From: Octopus vulgaris | Taxonomy: Eukaryota | Assembly: GCA_951406725.2 (NCBI GenBank) | Contig: OX597834.1 | Location: 19,778,001 to 19,842,000 of the forward strand | Direction of reading: 5' to 3' | DNA: 64,000 bases | Part shown: piece after piece, positions 12,410-25,886 of the stretch | How positions within the stretch are numbered: position 1 is the stretch's first letter | Layout of the letters: each line of letters opens with the position of its first letter | Made by a program: the position numbers and the translations under genes | Notes under the pieces: model-generated | The model's input: only the letters and a program-made list of their open reading frames with translations | What the model was told of the DNA's origin: nothing | Database searches by the model: none

Positions 12410-13337
12410 CATATACATATATATATATGCATATATATATATATATGAATATATATATATATGTATGTATGAATGTATGTATGTATGTATAGATAGATAG
12501 ATAGATGAATTTCATATCTGTGAGTATATATTTCTCTTTATGCAAACAACTGCATGTCTTTACATATAAGCATGCACATAAACTCACTTGCACACATCTA
12601 TCTATATACATACATACACTCACACACACACACACACACACATATACATATATACACCCAAAGTTTAATGTATCCATAATATGCAGGCAGAGTAATCATA
12701 CATTTACTAACATGTTTCCTGTAAAAGCGGAAACATCCACATCCACATTTAGATACAGAACAGAGTAAACCAGATGCTGTTTGTGAACACACTGTGAACA
12801 CATTGTGAACACATGCACGCATAAAGCATTGAAATTAACCTTTATCTGCTCACATATTCATTCATATATATGTATATATGTATTTTTTATTCTTTTACTT
12901 GTTTCAGTCGTTTGACTGTGGCCATGCTGGAGCTCCACCATGAAGGACTTTTAGTCAAACAAATCGACTTCAGGGCTTATTCTTTCAGCCAAGTACTTAT
13001 TTCATTGGTCTCTTTTTGCCAAACCGCTGGAACCCTCAATGATGATGTGGGTTTCAGTTGATCCTATCAACAGAAGATTTATGGGGAAATAAACTCGCCG
13101 ACACAAGAAGTCAAATGGTGAGAAAGACATGTGGCTTAGTGGTAAGGGTGTTCAGCTCATGATAGTAAAGTCATGAGTTCCATTCTTCCATGAAAGCATA
13201 TCTGGGCATTGTGAAATGAGTGAGAGAAGGGGTATTATCCCTTAAGGAATGACAGGGCTGATCTCTTGGCTGAAAAGTTGAACGACAAAGAAGATTGTAT
13301 TAGTTCTTTCAATTTCCTACAAGGATATATATAGTTT

Positions 13338-13710
13338 TATATTCTTTTACTTGTTTCAGTCATTTGACTGCAGCCATGCTGGAGCACCACCTTTAGTCAA
13401 GCTAATCGACCCCTGGACTTATTCTTTGTAAGCCTAATACTTATTCTGTCAGTCTCTTTTACCAAACCGCTAAGTTATGGGGACGTAAACACACCAGTAT
13501 CGGTTGTCAAGTAGTGTTGTGGACACACACACACACATATGTATATACATACGACAGGCTTCTTTCAGTTACAGTCTACAAATCCACTCATGAGGCTTTG
13601 GTCAGCCTGAGGCTATACTAGAAGACACTTGCCCAAGGTGCCATGCCGTGGTACTGAACCTGGAACCATGTGGTTGGTAAACAAGCTACTAGCCACACAG
13701 CCACTCCTAT
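13338..13710 (-). mobile_element. SINE family A, near full length
   Basis: Colinear with 282-691. Confidence 0.85.
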
Positions 13711-14237
13711 ATAAAGTAATTAATTTATTTTTTATAATTTTTTTTTTTTAAATATGTGCCTTCTGTAGGGCTGGTGTAAAGGGCTCCATCTTTTTGGCAT
13801 TGAAACACCAAATGAAGCACTGTCTGCAAAGGGTTAAGCTGTAGAAAACCTTACTCAGTGAATCCCATTGACCTCTGCAAGCACAGAAAAATGTACAGTA
13901 AAATGTTGATGTTGATATGAGAAAGGCTGCGATGGTGGAGGTTTGGACAAGCAGGGAAACAGTTTATATAGTACGAGGAAGAGAGAGATGGCGTGAATAG
14001 GGAAGGAAGAATATGAGGAAATTTATGGGAGAAAAGTAAGTAAATATGCCAGTAGCCTAAAACTGACTAATGTAGATGTAATAGATAAGAGAACTAATGA
14101 TAGTGTTATATATTTATAACAAAAGACTTTGGTATGTATTAACATATGTTTGTGGAATATGTTGGAGTACAAGGAAATGAAACAAGATATATGTATGTTT
14201 TAAATAACTAAAGGGCTTCAGGAGAACATAACAAGAG

Positions 14238-14269
<32 letters not shown>

Positions 14270-14621
14270 CACACACATACACACACACATCTGTGCATGT
14301 GTGTGAATATACATATACATATATATATGTTTATATATACAAATATATGTATGTATATAAATATGTATGTATGTATGTATGTATATATGTATCTATATAT
14401 ATATATATGTATTTATGTGTATGTATATATATATATGTGTGTGTGTGTATAAATATATGTATATATGTATATATGTGTAGGTATGTATATATATATGTGT
14501 GTGTGTGTTTATTTATATATGTATATATATGTATATATGTTTGTGTATGTATATATGTATGTGTGTGTGTATATGTATATATATATGTATATATGTATGT
14601 ATATATGTGTGTGTGTATATA

Positions 14622-14667
<46 letters not shown>

Positions 14668-15552
14668 AGCAAAGGGAAAAAAGTAGCATGCAACTCAAGC
14701 ACATGTAGTTAGTGTTGTAAGAATTTAATAACATGGCAACTCAGCTCTGCATTATTCAGACTTTTGTGAGCTTGTGTATATCTGTCTGTGTATGTATGAG
14801 TGTGTAAGTGTGTGTATGTGAGCACGTATGTGTCCATACAGACTCAAACACACATAAGCACACACACACATACACACACACATATTGGATAAATTGATCA
14901 GAGAGAAAATGGAATTCATGAGATTCTGTCTTCATATACACTCCAATCGTTTCAACAGCTGTTTTTTACACCTGTACCGCAGAGGTAAGATGCATTTTGA
15001 TTATATATATATATATATATATATATTGTGTATACAAGTAATAAGTTGGCAGAGTTTTAAGAATGGTGGATAGAATTCTGTACAAAATTTTTTTCTGATT
15101 CTCTGCATACTAGTTTGATAAACCACTGAGGTCAGCTTAGCTATTCTTTCTTCTAAAACAGGGTATTCACAAATGTGAGATGGCATGTTGTACTGCTTGA
15201 TTGAAACTAGCAATGCCAGGGGGTTGCGCTTGGTTTCGTAGACTGTTTTGGCTTGGATACCCTTCCTAATGCCAACCACTTTACAGAGTGTATTAGGTGC
15301 ATTTTACATGACACCATCACCAGTGCTTTTTATATATGTATATATACATATTATCAAACACAGGCTATCCTACTTGACTTAATAAGCCCAAAATATTTTC
15401 CTGTCTTTCCTAGTCTAACCATTATTATAAACATTTTCATTAAAGTTAATGAAATTATTTTCAAGCGCATGAAGGGAGAGAACTAGAATTTCTGTCACCC
15501 AAAAATTAAATCGAATTATACAGAAGAGAGAAGAAAATGATGGTGTTGTTTG

Positions 15553-15762
15553 GTTACTATGGTGACAATTCCCACCTAATAAACACCAAACAATTACCAA
15601 GGCAACTTCATCATAGATTTCTCTGCAAGAGTTCATGCATGCATTTCCAATCAATTTCCCAGCAGCAAATTTAATCGGTACAACAGCTGAGTATGTGAGG
15701 TAGACCCCTTTCTCTCCCTTAAACAGCCTCTCCGATGTTTAGCAGCATTCTATTATGGCAAC
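15553..15762. promoter_or_regulatory. Candidate RFX X-box cluster
   Basis: On the minus strand GTCACC-AT-AGTAAC (15553-15566), GTTGCC-TT-GGTAAT (15593-15606) and half site GTTGCCAT (15755-15762), in non-repetitive DNA. Confidence 0.4.
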
Positions 15763-16004
15763 AAATTATTTTCTCACCTAATAACTAGGTCAAATAGATG
15801 CAATTAGGTAGGTAGGTAGGTAGGTAAGAAGACAGGTAGGTATGTAAATTGGTTAATAGGTAGGTAACATTTTTTTTCTTTTGATTGTCGTTCACTTTTT
15901 GTCCTTCTCATTTTCTTTCTTGCTAAGGAGAATGAAAGCTTCCTTAATTCCCATTGGTATTTTCTTTTCCACAGAAGCATCTTCATCATTGTTTCCTTTG
16001 CAAG

Positions 16005-16263
16005 ACAGCAAGCTGGCAGAAACATTAGCATGCCAAGCAAAATGCTTAGCGGTATTTCGTCTGTCTTAACATTCTGAGTTCAAGTTCTGCCGAGGTCAAC
16101 TTTGCCTTTCATCCTTTTGGGGTCGAGAAATTAAGTACTAGTTGCATACTGGGGTCTTCTTCTTCTTCTTCTTCTTCTTCTTCTTCTTCTTCTTCTTCTT
16201 CTTCTTCTTCTTCTTCTTCTTCTTCTTCTTCTTTTTCTTCTTCTTCTTCTTATTATTATTATT

Positions 16264-16310
<47 letters not shown>

Positions 16311-16530
16311 TATTATTAAGGTGGTGAGCTTGTTGAATCGTTAGAATGCCGGGTGAAATGCTTTGTGGTATTTTGTCTGTCACTATGTTCTGAGTTCAAA
16401 TTCCACCGAGGTCGACTTTGCTCTTCATCCTTTTGGGGTCGATGAATGAAGTACCAGCTGTGTACTGGGGTCAATCTAATCAACTAGCTCCCTTCCCCCA
16501 AATTTCCGGCTTTGTGCCTACAGTAGAAAT
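16005..16530 (+). mobile_element. Two family-B SINEs separated by a compound (TTC)n(TTA)n(TCA)n microsatellite
   Basis: Heads at ~16008 and ~16320; same central domain as 2092-2303. Confidence 0.8.
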
Positions 16531-16715
16531 TATTATCATCATCATCATCTTTACTATTCAGTGGTCGTATTTTTATTGCTTGCTTTCACTGCACTAACAA
16601 ATGCATCTCTCTATGCTTTGGGTACAAACAGTGCTTAGCAGTGCTATTTTTCCATACATCACATGCATTATTATTATTATTATTATTATTATTGTTGTTA
16701 TTATTATTATTATTG

Positions 16716-17544
16716 AAGCGCTCCCAAACAGTTGAAGGTATCAGGGGGAGAGGTAGACCCAGGACGACATGGGATGAAGTAGTCAAGCATGACCTCAGAG
16801 CGTTGGGCCTCACAGAGGCAATGACGAAGGACCAAGATCTCTGGGGATATGCTGTGACTGCAAAGACCTGGACTGCTTCCTGCACCAGTTCCACATAGCC
16901 CCTACTCATTCAAAGTACCTTGGATTCCAGAACATCCCGCTGTGCTTGAGGAGACCTATTGAGTCAAGTACATGAACATCGAAATAAATGTCAATGGAAA
17001 TAGTAGTTGTGATACCTGTTCCGGTGGCACGTAAAAAGCTCCATCCGAACGTGGCCGATGCCAGTGCTGCCTTGACTGGCTTCTGTGCCGGTGGCACATA
17101 AAAAGCACCATCCGAACGTGGCTGATGCCAGCGCTGCCTCGACTGGCTTCTGTGCCGGTGGCACATAAAAAGCACCATCCGAACATGGCCAATGCCAGCC
17201 CCACCTCGACTGGCTTCTGTACCGGTGGCACATAAAAAGCACTATCCGAACATGGCCAAAGCCAGCGCCGCCTTGACTGGCTTCCGTGCCAGTGGCCCGT
17301 TAAAAGCACCAACCGATCGTGGCCGATGCCAGACTCCCCTGGCACCTGTGCCGGTGGCACGTAAAAAGCACCCACTACACTCACGGAGTGGTTGGCGTTA
17401 GGAAGGGCATCCAGCTGTAGAAACACTGCCAGATCAGACTGGAGCCTGGTGCAGCCCCTGACTTCCCAGACCCCGGTCAAACCATCCAACCCGTGCTAGC
17501 GTGGAAAAACGGATGTTAAACGATGATGATGATGATGATGATGA
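16716..17544 (+). mobile_element. RTE-clade LINE 3' end (family F): ORF2 terminus, 3' UTR with 67-bp tandem array, (GAT)n tail
   Basis: VEGIRGRGRPRTTWDEVVKHDLRALGLTEAMTKDQDLWGYAV; repeat units start at 17017, 17084, 17151, 17218, 17285, 17347; GGAAGGGCATCCAGCTGTAGAAAC motif. Confidence 0.88.
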
Positions 17545-18171
17545 GAATGGCAGAAGATAACTAAAACATGATGCTTCATATTTATTATCCGGCATATTGG
17601 GTCAGTGTTCTCAATTTAAATGTCACAACAATTGAAATTTGGATTCTCGCTCATCCAGCAGCAATATCTAATTACACACTCACCATTAATTGTATCCATG
17701 GAGAGAAATGACAACTGACCGTCGTCTCCCTCAACAAAATGTGACACTGTATCTGCTGCCTCGTGGAAAATGAAACGAAATAACTGTTGACATTATCGTT
17801 TGCTATCATCTCTGAAATCACGTTGTGTTAAAGTAACTATCAATTTGCAATAGAAATTAATTATTGAGATAATTGTCTTTGGATAGAAGCATCTATTCTG
17901 CTGCTTTTTTGCTTTTTTGATTAAATATCTTCTGTCCTTTACATGTTTTAGTCATTGGACACCAGCCATGCATTTTGGACAAAATGCTTAGTAGTATTTC
18001 TGAGTTCAAATTCCACCAAGGTTGACTTTACCTTTCATCTTTTTGGGATCGATAAATTATGTACCAGTAAAACATTGGAGTCGATGTAATCGACTTGTCC
18101 CTATGCACAAAATTTCTGGCCTTGTGCCTTTAGTAGATAGGATTCTTCTTCTTCTTCTGCTTCTTCTTTTT

Positions 18172-18234
<63 letters not shown>

Positions 18235-18254
18235 CTTCTTCTTATTATTATTAC

Positions 18255-18296
<42 letters not shown>

Positions 18297-18972
18297 CATC
18301 ATCAATGCAGCACGGTGGCAGACTCGTTAGCATGCTGGGCAAAATGCTTGGTGGCATTTGGTTCATCTTTACATTCTGAGTTCAAATTCCACCAAAGTCA
18401 ACTTTACCTTTCATCCTTTAGTGGGGGTCAATGAATTAAATACCAGTGAAACACTGGGGTCAATGTAATCAACTAGTCCCCAACTAGTCTTATTCTTTTT
18501 CTTCTTCTTCTTATTATTATTATTAACCCAAATTTTCCCTACAATTGGCATTTCTCATAATTACAATAAAGGTTCTCTATACTGAAGAACAGTATTATGT
18601 TAATAACATTATATTAAAGAATAGGAACCGATTTTTTTAAAAATAAAGAATCATCTGTTATTAAAAAATCACATAACCTTAGCGTATACCCTATTATGTA
18701 ACACTTAATATCACTTCACCTTCTACTGATAAATTTAAAGGGAGAAGAAACAGAATATTGTAAAATATCGTGTGATATTTTACTGAAGATGTTTAATGAT
18801 TGTGTGTTAAGATATGGAATATATTTTCTTGTATCTCTGCCACGATCAGCTGCAACGTGTGAAATATCAGCCGAGAAATATCACAATTTCCGCTTTAAAA
18901 TATGTCATGATTCACAAAAGCAAGGAAACAAAACCAGTGAAATGCTGTTTTGTTTTGTTTATGTTGTTTGTT

Positions 18973-18974
<2 letters not shown>

Positions 18975-19028
<54 letters not shown>

Positions 19029-19482
19029 TGAGTGAGTGGTGGTGGTGGTGGTGGTGAGTGGTGGTGGTGGTGGTGAGTGAGTGGTGAGTGGTGAGTGGTG
19101 GTGGTGAGTGAGTGAGTGGTGAGTGAGTGGTGGTGGTGGTGAGTGAGTGAGTGAGTGAGTGAGTGAGTGAGTGAGTGAGTGAGTGGTGAGTGAGTGAGTG
19201 AGTGAGTGAGTGGTGAGTGAGTGAGTGGTGAGTGAGTGAGTGAGTGAGTGGTGAGTGAGTGAGTGAGTGAGTGAGTGGTGAGTGAGTGGTGAGTGAGTGA
19301 GTGAGTGAGTGAGTGAGTGAGTGAGTGAGTGAGTGAGTGAGTGAGTGAGTGAGTGAGTGAGTGAGTGAGTGAGTGAGTGAGTGAGTGAGTGAGTGAGTGA
19401 GTGAGTGAGTGAGTGAGTGAGTGAGTGAGTGAGTGAGTGAGTGAGTGAGTGAGTGAGTGAGTGAGTGAGTGAGTGAGTGAGT

Positions 19483-19559
<77 letters not shown>

Positions 19560-19578
19560 TGAGTGAGTGAGTGAGTGA
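18975..19578. repeat. Compound (GT)n / (GAGT)n / (GGT)n microsatellite
   Basis: Directly visible. Confidence 0.95.
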
Positions 19579-19866
19579 GATAAAGTATAATTCTGGCACG
19601 TTCATAGGCTCGGTTTCATAATTGTTTTTAAAATTGCAATCACTACAGTGTTATATTAATGAAGGTGTGTGTGTATATATATATGTGTGTGTGTGCGTGC
19701 TTATGTATGCACATATATATGTGCAGGCGTGCACATATATATGTATAGGGTGATTCAAAAGTCTCCATGTTTCAACAACAACAGGTATCACCAGATGTGC
19801 TGTTACGAGTTCACAATGAGTGGGGTAAACGTATTGCAATGTGTATTCAAAACAATGGTAACCATA

Positions 19867-20030
19867 TAGGCACAGGAGTGGCTGTGTGGTAAGTAGCTTG
19901 CTTACCAACCACATGGTTCTAGGTTCAGTCCCACTACGTGGCATCTTGGGCAAGTGTCTTCTACTATAGCCTCAAGCCGACAAAGCTTTGTTAGTGGATT
20001 TGGTGGACAGAAACTGTAAGAAGTCCATAT
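19867..20030 (+). mobile_element. SINE family A, 5' half
   Basis: GGCACAGGAGTGGCTGTGTGGTAAGTAGCTTGC head. Confidence 0.8.
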
Positions 20031-20090
20031 GTATATATATATATATATATATAACCACTGAGCCATGCGCCTTCATACATATATATATAT

Positions 20091-20390
20091 GAAGGTGCAT
20101 GGCTCAGTGGTTAGGGCGTCAAGCTTATGATCGTGAGGTTGTGAGCTTGAATCCCGGACTGGGCTGTGTGTTGTATTCTTGAAAAAGACACTTTATTTCA
20201 TGTTGCTCCAGTTCACTCAGCTGTAGAAATGAGTTGTGACATCACAGGTGCCAAGCTGTATCGGCCCTTGCCTTTCCCTTGGATAACACTGGTATGCATG
20301 GGCGACTGCTGGTCTTCCATAAAAAACTGCCTTGCCCAGACTTGTGCCTGGGAGGGTAACTTTCTAGGTGCAATCCGATGGTCTGTGTCT
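20091..20390 (+). mobile_element. tRNA-derived SINE family C
   Basis: TGGCTCAGTGG A box, decayed B box GCTTGAATCCC; colinear with 46713-47055. Confidence 0.85.
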
Positions 20391-20610
20391 GCCTGGAAGA
20401 ATTTTTAGTCAAATAAATCAACCCCAGAATTTTTTTTCTTTCAGCTTGGTACTTGTTCCATTGATACCTTTTACTGAGACACTAAGTCACGAAGTTATAA
20501 ACACACCAACACCAGTTATCAAGTGGTGGCGGGGGAAAAACACAGAAACATAGACACACTAACACAAACATACACATACAGAAACACACATACACACATG
20601 CAAATAAATG

Positions 20611-20823
20611 TACAAATGGGTGCCGAAAAGTTCCTGGTTTTAAAGTTATCATGAAAGGCCTGGTTGGAGGCCCAACCTTCCGAGTTCATTTACAGGGTTT
20701 AGAAAAACTGAAGGACTGCAGTAATAAGTGTGTGAATCTGAGAGAACATGTTGGATAAAATCATAATTAACTGATTCTCATGTATTTTCTTTTATCCAAA
20801 GCCAAGAACTTTTTAGCACCCCC

Positions 20824-20828
<5 letters not shown>
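20611..20828 (+). mobile_element. Internally deleted mariner / MITE
   Basis: TIRs GGGTGCCGAAAAGTTCCTGGTTT / AAAGCCAAGAACTTTTTAGCACCC; internal KLKDCSNKCVNLR resembles a mariner transposase C-terminus. Confidence 0.75.
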
Positions 20829-20889
<61 letters not shown>

Positions 20890-20895
20890 ACATGT

Positions 20896-21200
20896 GGAGG
20901 CGCAATGGCCCAGTGGTTAGGGCAGTGGACTCGCGGTCGTAGGATCGCAGTTTCGATTCCCAGACCGGGCGTTGTGAGTGTTTATTGAGCAAAAACACCT
21001 TAAAGCTCCACGAGGCTCCGACAGGGGGTGGTGATCCCTGCTGTACTCTTTCACCACTCTTTCTCCCACTCTTTCTTCTGTTGGCCTGCTCGCTTAGCCA
21101 GTGGGGTGGCGTCATTCGAAGGCTAAAACAATGCAAATGCATTGTGACCAGCGATGTGTAACAACATCTGATGGTCTGGTCGGTCACGTGATCACGTGAT
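20896..21200 (+). mobile_element. tRNA-derived SINE family D (young, CpG-rich)
   Basis: TGGCCCAGTGGTTAGGGC A box, GTTTCGATTCCC B box; near-identical copy at 43106-43405. Confidence 0.85.
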
Positions 21201-22269
21201 ATATATATATACATATCATCATCATCATTTAATGTCTGCTTTCCATGTTGGCATAGGTTGGATGGTTTGACAAGGGCTGGCTAGGCAGAAGACAGCACCA
21301 GGCTTCACTGTCTGTCTTGGTAGGGATTTTACACCTGGATGCCCTTCCTAGCACTAAATATATACACACACAACAAGCTTCTTCAAGTTTCCATCTACCA
21401 AATCCACTCACAAGCTTTAGTCAGCTCAAGACCAACGAAAGACATTTTCCCAAGGTGCCATGCAGTGGGACTGATCTTGGAACCATATGCTTGGGAAGCA
21501 ACCTTTTTTACCACACAGCCATATATAACAATTCTTAAATTATATAATTGAGATGTGTTTGTTATTCGGGATTAACATCAGTGAAGCAAGCCTCTCATCA
21601 AAACCATTCGGATATTGCAATTATTGCCACTTATAATCTTAAATTCTTTCTCCTTTGATATTTATTACCTGACTTCACTAAGTGATTTTTCTGAATGCAA
21701 AAATATTCATAATTTGTAATAAAATAATCATCGAAAATTTAAAACAATTTTTTTAGCATAACTTCAAGATTTCAAATAAAACATTTTTTTTTTTTTTTGG
21801 TTTTCATCTTCCATTTCTTTTTTAGTGTGTGTGTGTATTTTCATTTACTTATTTATCGAAGTGTGTCTTCAATATTATTGCAAATGTGAATATTTTCACA
21901 AGTCTCTTTAAGCAGATGTTTCACACCCACCACCACCACCGCCTTCTCTTTAGATGCTACGTTAACAGCAACCAATGAAGTTATGCTGCCAATATTTCCA
22001 GATCAAGTAGATTATGGTACTTATATTGGTTTTTGATGTTCGTTCAGCTCAAGTGCTGTTTGTTGTTTGTGAGATTGTTTACTTTTAGACATTACATTGA
22101 ATTAAGATATTTATTTAATTTTGACTCAAACAGCATAATCATTCTTTCCGTCTAAATGAAGATTTGGGGTTTTTATGTTCTTGTAATTATGGTAGAAACC
22201 CAATTTCATCCGATACCAAACATGGCTGTTTGGTCAGGAAATTGGGTTTGCAACTATGTGTGTGTCAAT

Positions 22270-22666
22270 ATATGCCAGTGGCATGTAAAAAGCATCATGC
22301 GAACATGATCGATGACAGCCCCCTCGCCCCGACTGGCTTCTGTGCTGGTGGCACTTAAAAAGCACCATCTGAATGTGGCCGATGACAGCACCACCCTGAC
22401 TGGCTCCTGTGCCGGGAGCACGTAAAAAGCACTATCCAATCATGGTCGATGCCAGCCCACTCTGGCCTCTGTGCTGGTGGCACATAAAAATCCCCCACTA
22501 CACTCTCGGAATGGATGGCATTAGGAAGGGCATCCAGCTGTAGAATCCTTGCCAGATCAGATTGGAGCCTGGTGCAGCCTCCTGGCTTTCCAGACACCAG
22601 TCAAACCGTCCAACCCATGCCAGCATGGAAAATGGACGTTAAGTGATGACGATGATGATGATGATG
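22270..22666 (+). mobile_element. Family F RTE 3' UTR fragment with tandem modules and (GAT)n tail
   Basis: Homologous to 17017-17544. Confidence 0.8.
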
Positions 22667-22667
22667 T

Positions 22668-22723
<56 letters not shown>

Positions 22724-22736
22724 CATATATACATAC

Positions 22737-22779
<43 letters not shown>

Positions 22780-23340
22780 CATATATATATATATATATAT
22801 ATACATATGTATGTACATACTCAACAGAGCATCTATATGAAGCTCTCAGTTCTGTAATAGCTTTCAGGTTCCTTTTTGTGTCACAATTTCTTCAGAACTG
22901 TTCATAGAATTAAAATTTTTTTCCTGTCCTCGATTGATTTCTACATTGTTTTTATATTCCTAACATTTGGGAGGGAGAAAAAAAACCCTCACAAAAAAAT
23001 ATTAGATATCACCTGTTTTTTTTTTTTTTTGTCATCTTATTTCATAGATTTAATTTACCATTTTTTTCCCCTCTGACGCTAACATCACTGGCTTTCTTGT
23101 TTCTTCTCTGTTATCTTTTCCTTTTGTAACACCAATTCCATTAACAGAGTTTATAGCTTTCAGGACAATCCTGATCCATGTGATGTTATCCAAAATGTTT
23201 TATCACCTGTTTTGTATCAAATGCAAGTATAATCCTATAACACCTAAACTGCAGCATTTAACCCTGGATTACAGATCATTACAAGCTGTATGAGTGATCA
23301 GCAAAAGTACCAATGAGCTAAGACAAAATATATATATATA

Positions 23341-24030
<690 letters not shown>

Positions 24031-24339
24031 TATATTGGTTTGTTAGATGAATTCATTTATTTTTGTTGTTTTTTTTTGGTTTTTGTTTTTATTGAACCAT
24101 TTATTTTAATTATTTCCAATATTATTTGAATTAATAAGAAAAACATTTTTATCATAGAGTTTTTGAAGATTTTTCGTGTTTGTAGCTCTAAAGTTTATGT
24201 TTATTAGTTTTGAAATTTGAATAAATTTAACCATAATTTTCAGATATATGACAAGTGAGTACAAAGTAAAAAAAAAAAAGAACGAATTTATCTGTCAGTA
24301 TAAAGAGATTGCTAGGACAGATGAAAGCTATAATGACCG

Positions 24340-25632
24340 TAACCCTTTCGTTTCCAACCTGCCTGAGACTGGCTCTGGTTCTGACTACAAATGTTTTGTT
24401 TTCATGAGATTTGAATTAAAATCTTCCACCAAATCTTAGTCACAATTTATGTTCCTAAAACTAGCTGAATGATAACTAAGTTATTTGTTATATTTAATTT
24501 GCGTTTTTGGATTTGGTTTGCAAGATTTTTTATATGAGTTCGTGTGTTGAAGCATATTCTATTGTGTCTGGGGAGAGTCATTTTCTTTTTGTGCCTTATT
24601 ATGTAACACACTCACCGGTAAAATTTCCAGGTTTTGCTTATTTTTATTGTCCTAAAAACTATTGAAAAGGTTGCAAGACGCAACGAAAATTTTAAGAAAA
24701 TAAAAATAAGAAAAACGTGGAAATTTTACCGGTGAGTATGTTATATTTAAAGTAATTGAAAAAAAAACACAGAGCATCTCAAAATAAATACTGTAACAAA
24801 AGGGTTAAACCATTTTGCATTTAAACTGGTCATATCCAGCAAAAACTATTTTTCTGTTTTATCTTCAAACTGGTTAAATCTGACCTTTCAGACCTTTTCT
24901 ACGGTGTAATTTTTAGAAATAAACATTTACAATGGCCGCTTGCCCTCTCAAAGGATCTTTGTCTTGCAAGTTACTTGGTGGCCCTGCCAGTGCATCCAAT
25001 CACACACTGCGAAGCATCCAATCCACACTGCGAAGTGGTTGGCATTTGGAAGGGCATCCAGCTGTAAAAACCATGCCAAAACTGATTTTGCCTGTGCTAC
25101 TGCCATGTGAAAAGCACGCCGTCAATTTCGTTGGGTTGTTGGTGTTAAGAAGGGCATTCAGTTGTAAAACCCCTGCCACAACAGACACAGTAGCCCGGGA
25201 TAGTCTTCTACCTGGCCAGGTCCTGTCAAACCCTCTAACCCATAACAGCATAGAAGGCAGACATTCAATTATGATAATGATGATGATGATGTCATCATTA
25301 AAATCTCATAGCTATGAAATAATGCATGATTATTAATTCAAAGCAATATGAATAAATAAGCATTAAATTTGACAAAATAATCAGAAAACTAAAGGGCTAA
25401 ATTTAACCCTTTTGTTATCATATTTCTGTTGAAATACACAGATTTTGTTTAAATTTATTTTGAAAATATTTGAGAATTTAGTCAAATGATTTCGTTGCTA
25501 TTAACCAGGTCGTCAATAGATGAATTAACAAGGGAGTTTGAAGGAAGTTTTTGATGTAGGTCACATGAAAACAGGAAATTTATATCGCAGAACCAGGGCT
25601 GGCCTTAGGCAGGTTGGTTTTAAAAGGGTTAT
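24340..25632. mobile_element. Cluster of three adjacent TTAA-flanked (piggyBac-like) MITEs with nested insertions
   Basis: Ends TAACCCTTT...AAAGGGTTAA (24340-24808), TTAAACCATTT...AAAGGGCTAA (24805-25400), TTAACCCTTT...AAAGGGTTA (25402-25631); the third is the reverse complement of the first family. Confidence 0.65.
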
Positions 25633-25800
25633 AATAATACAGTAAAAGCTATAAAAATGTAAAAAATAAACAAATCAAAGTTCCTTGTTCGTAAAAACCC
25701 TTTCAATGTAGTTGGTAAATTTACACATCAAATCTTTCCTGCTTTTGTGGAATGGAAAGGCACAGAAATAAAAATGGACATAAAGACTCGAAGAAATAGA

Positions 25801-25886
<86 letters not shown>

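Noticed and set aside
17017-17375. CRISPR-like repeat/spacer appearance
   Set aside because: The spacers are homologous to each other, there are no cas genes, and the array lies in a eukaryotic LINE 3' UTR
20896-20970. Possible tRNA genes here and at 46713 and 61097
   Set aside because: A and B boxes are present but there is no closing acceptor stem, and each runs into a multi-copy SINE body
24234-24260. Possible 11-nt micro-exon (TTTTCAG...GTGAGT)
   Set aside because: Splice-like motifs are expected by chance in 64 kb, and no supporting exons are visible
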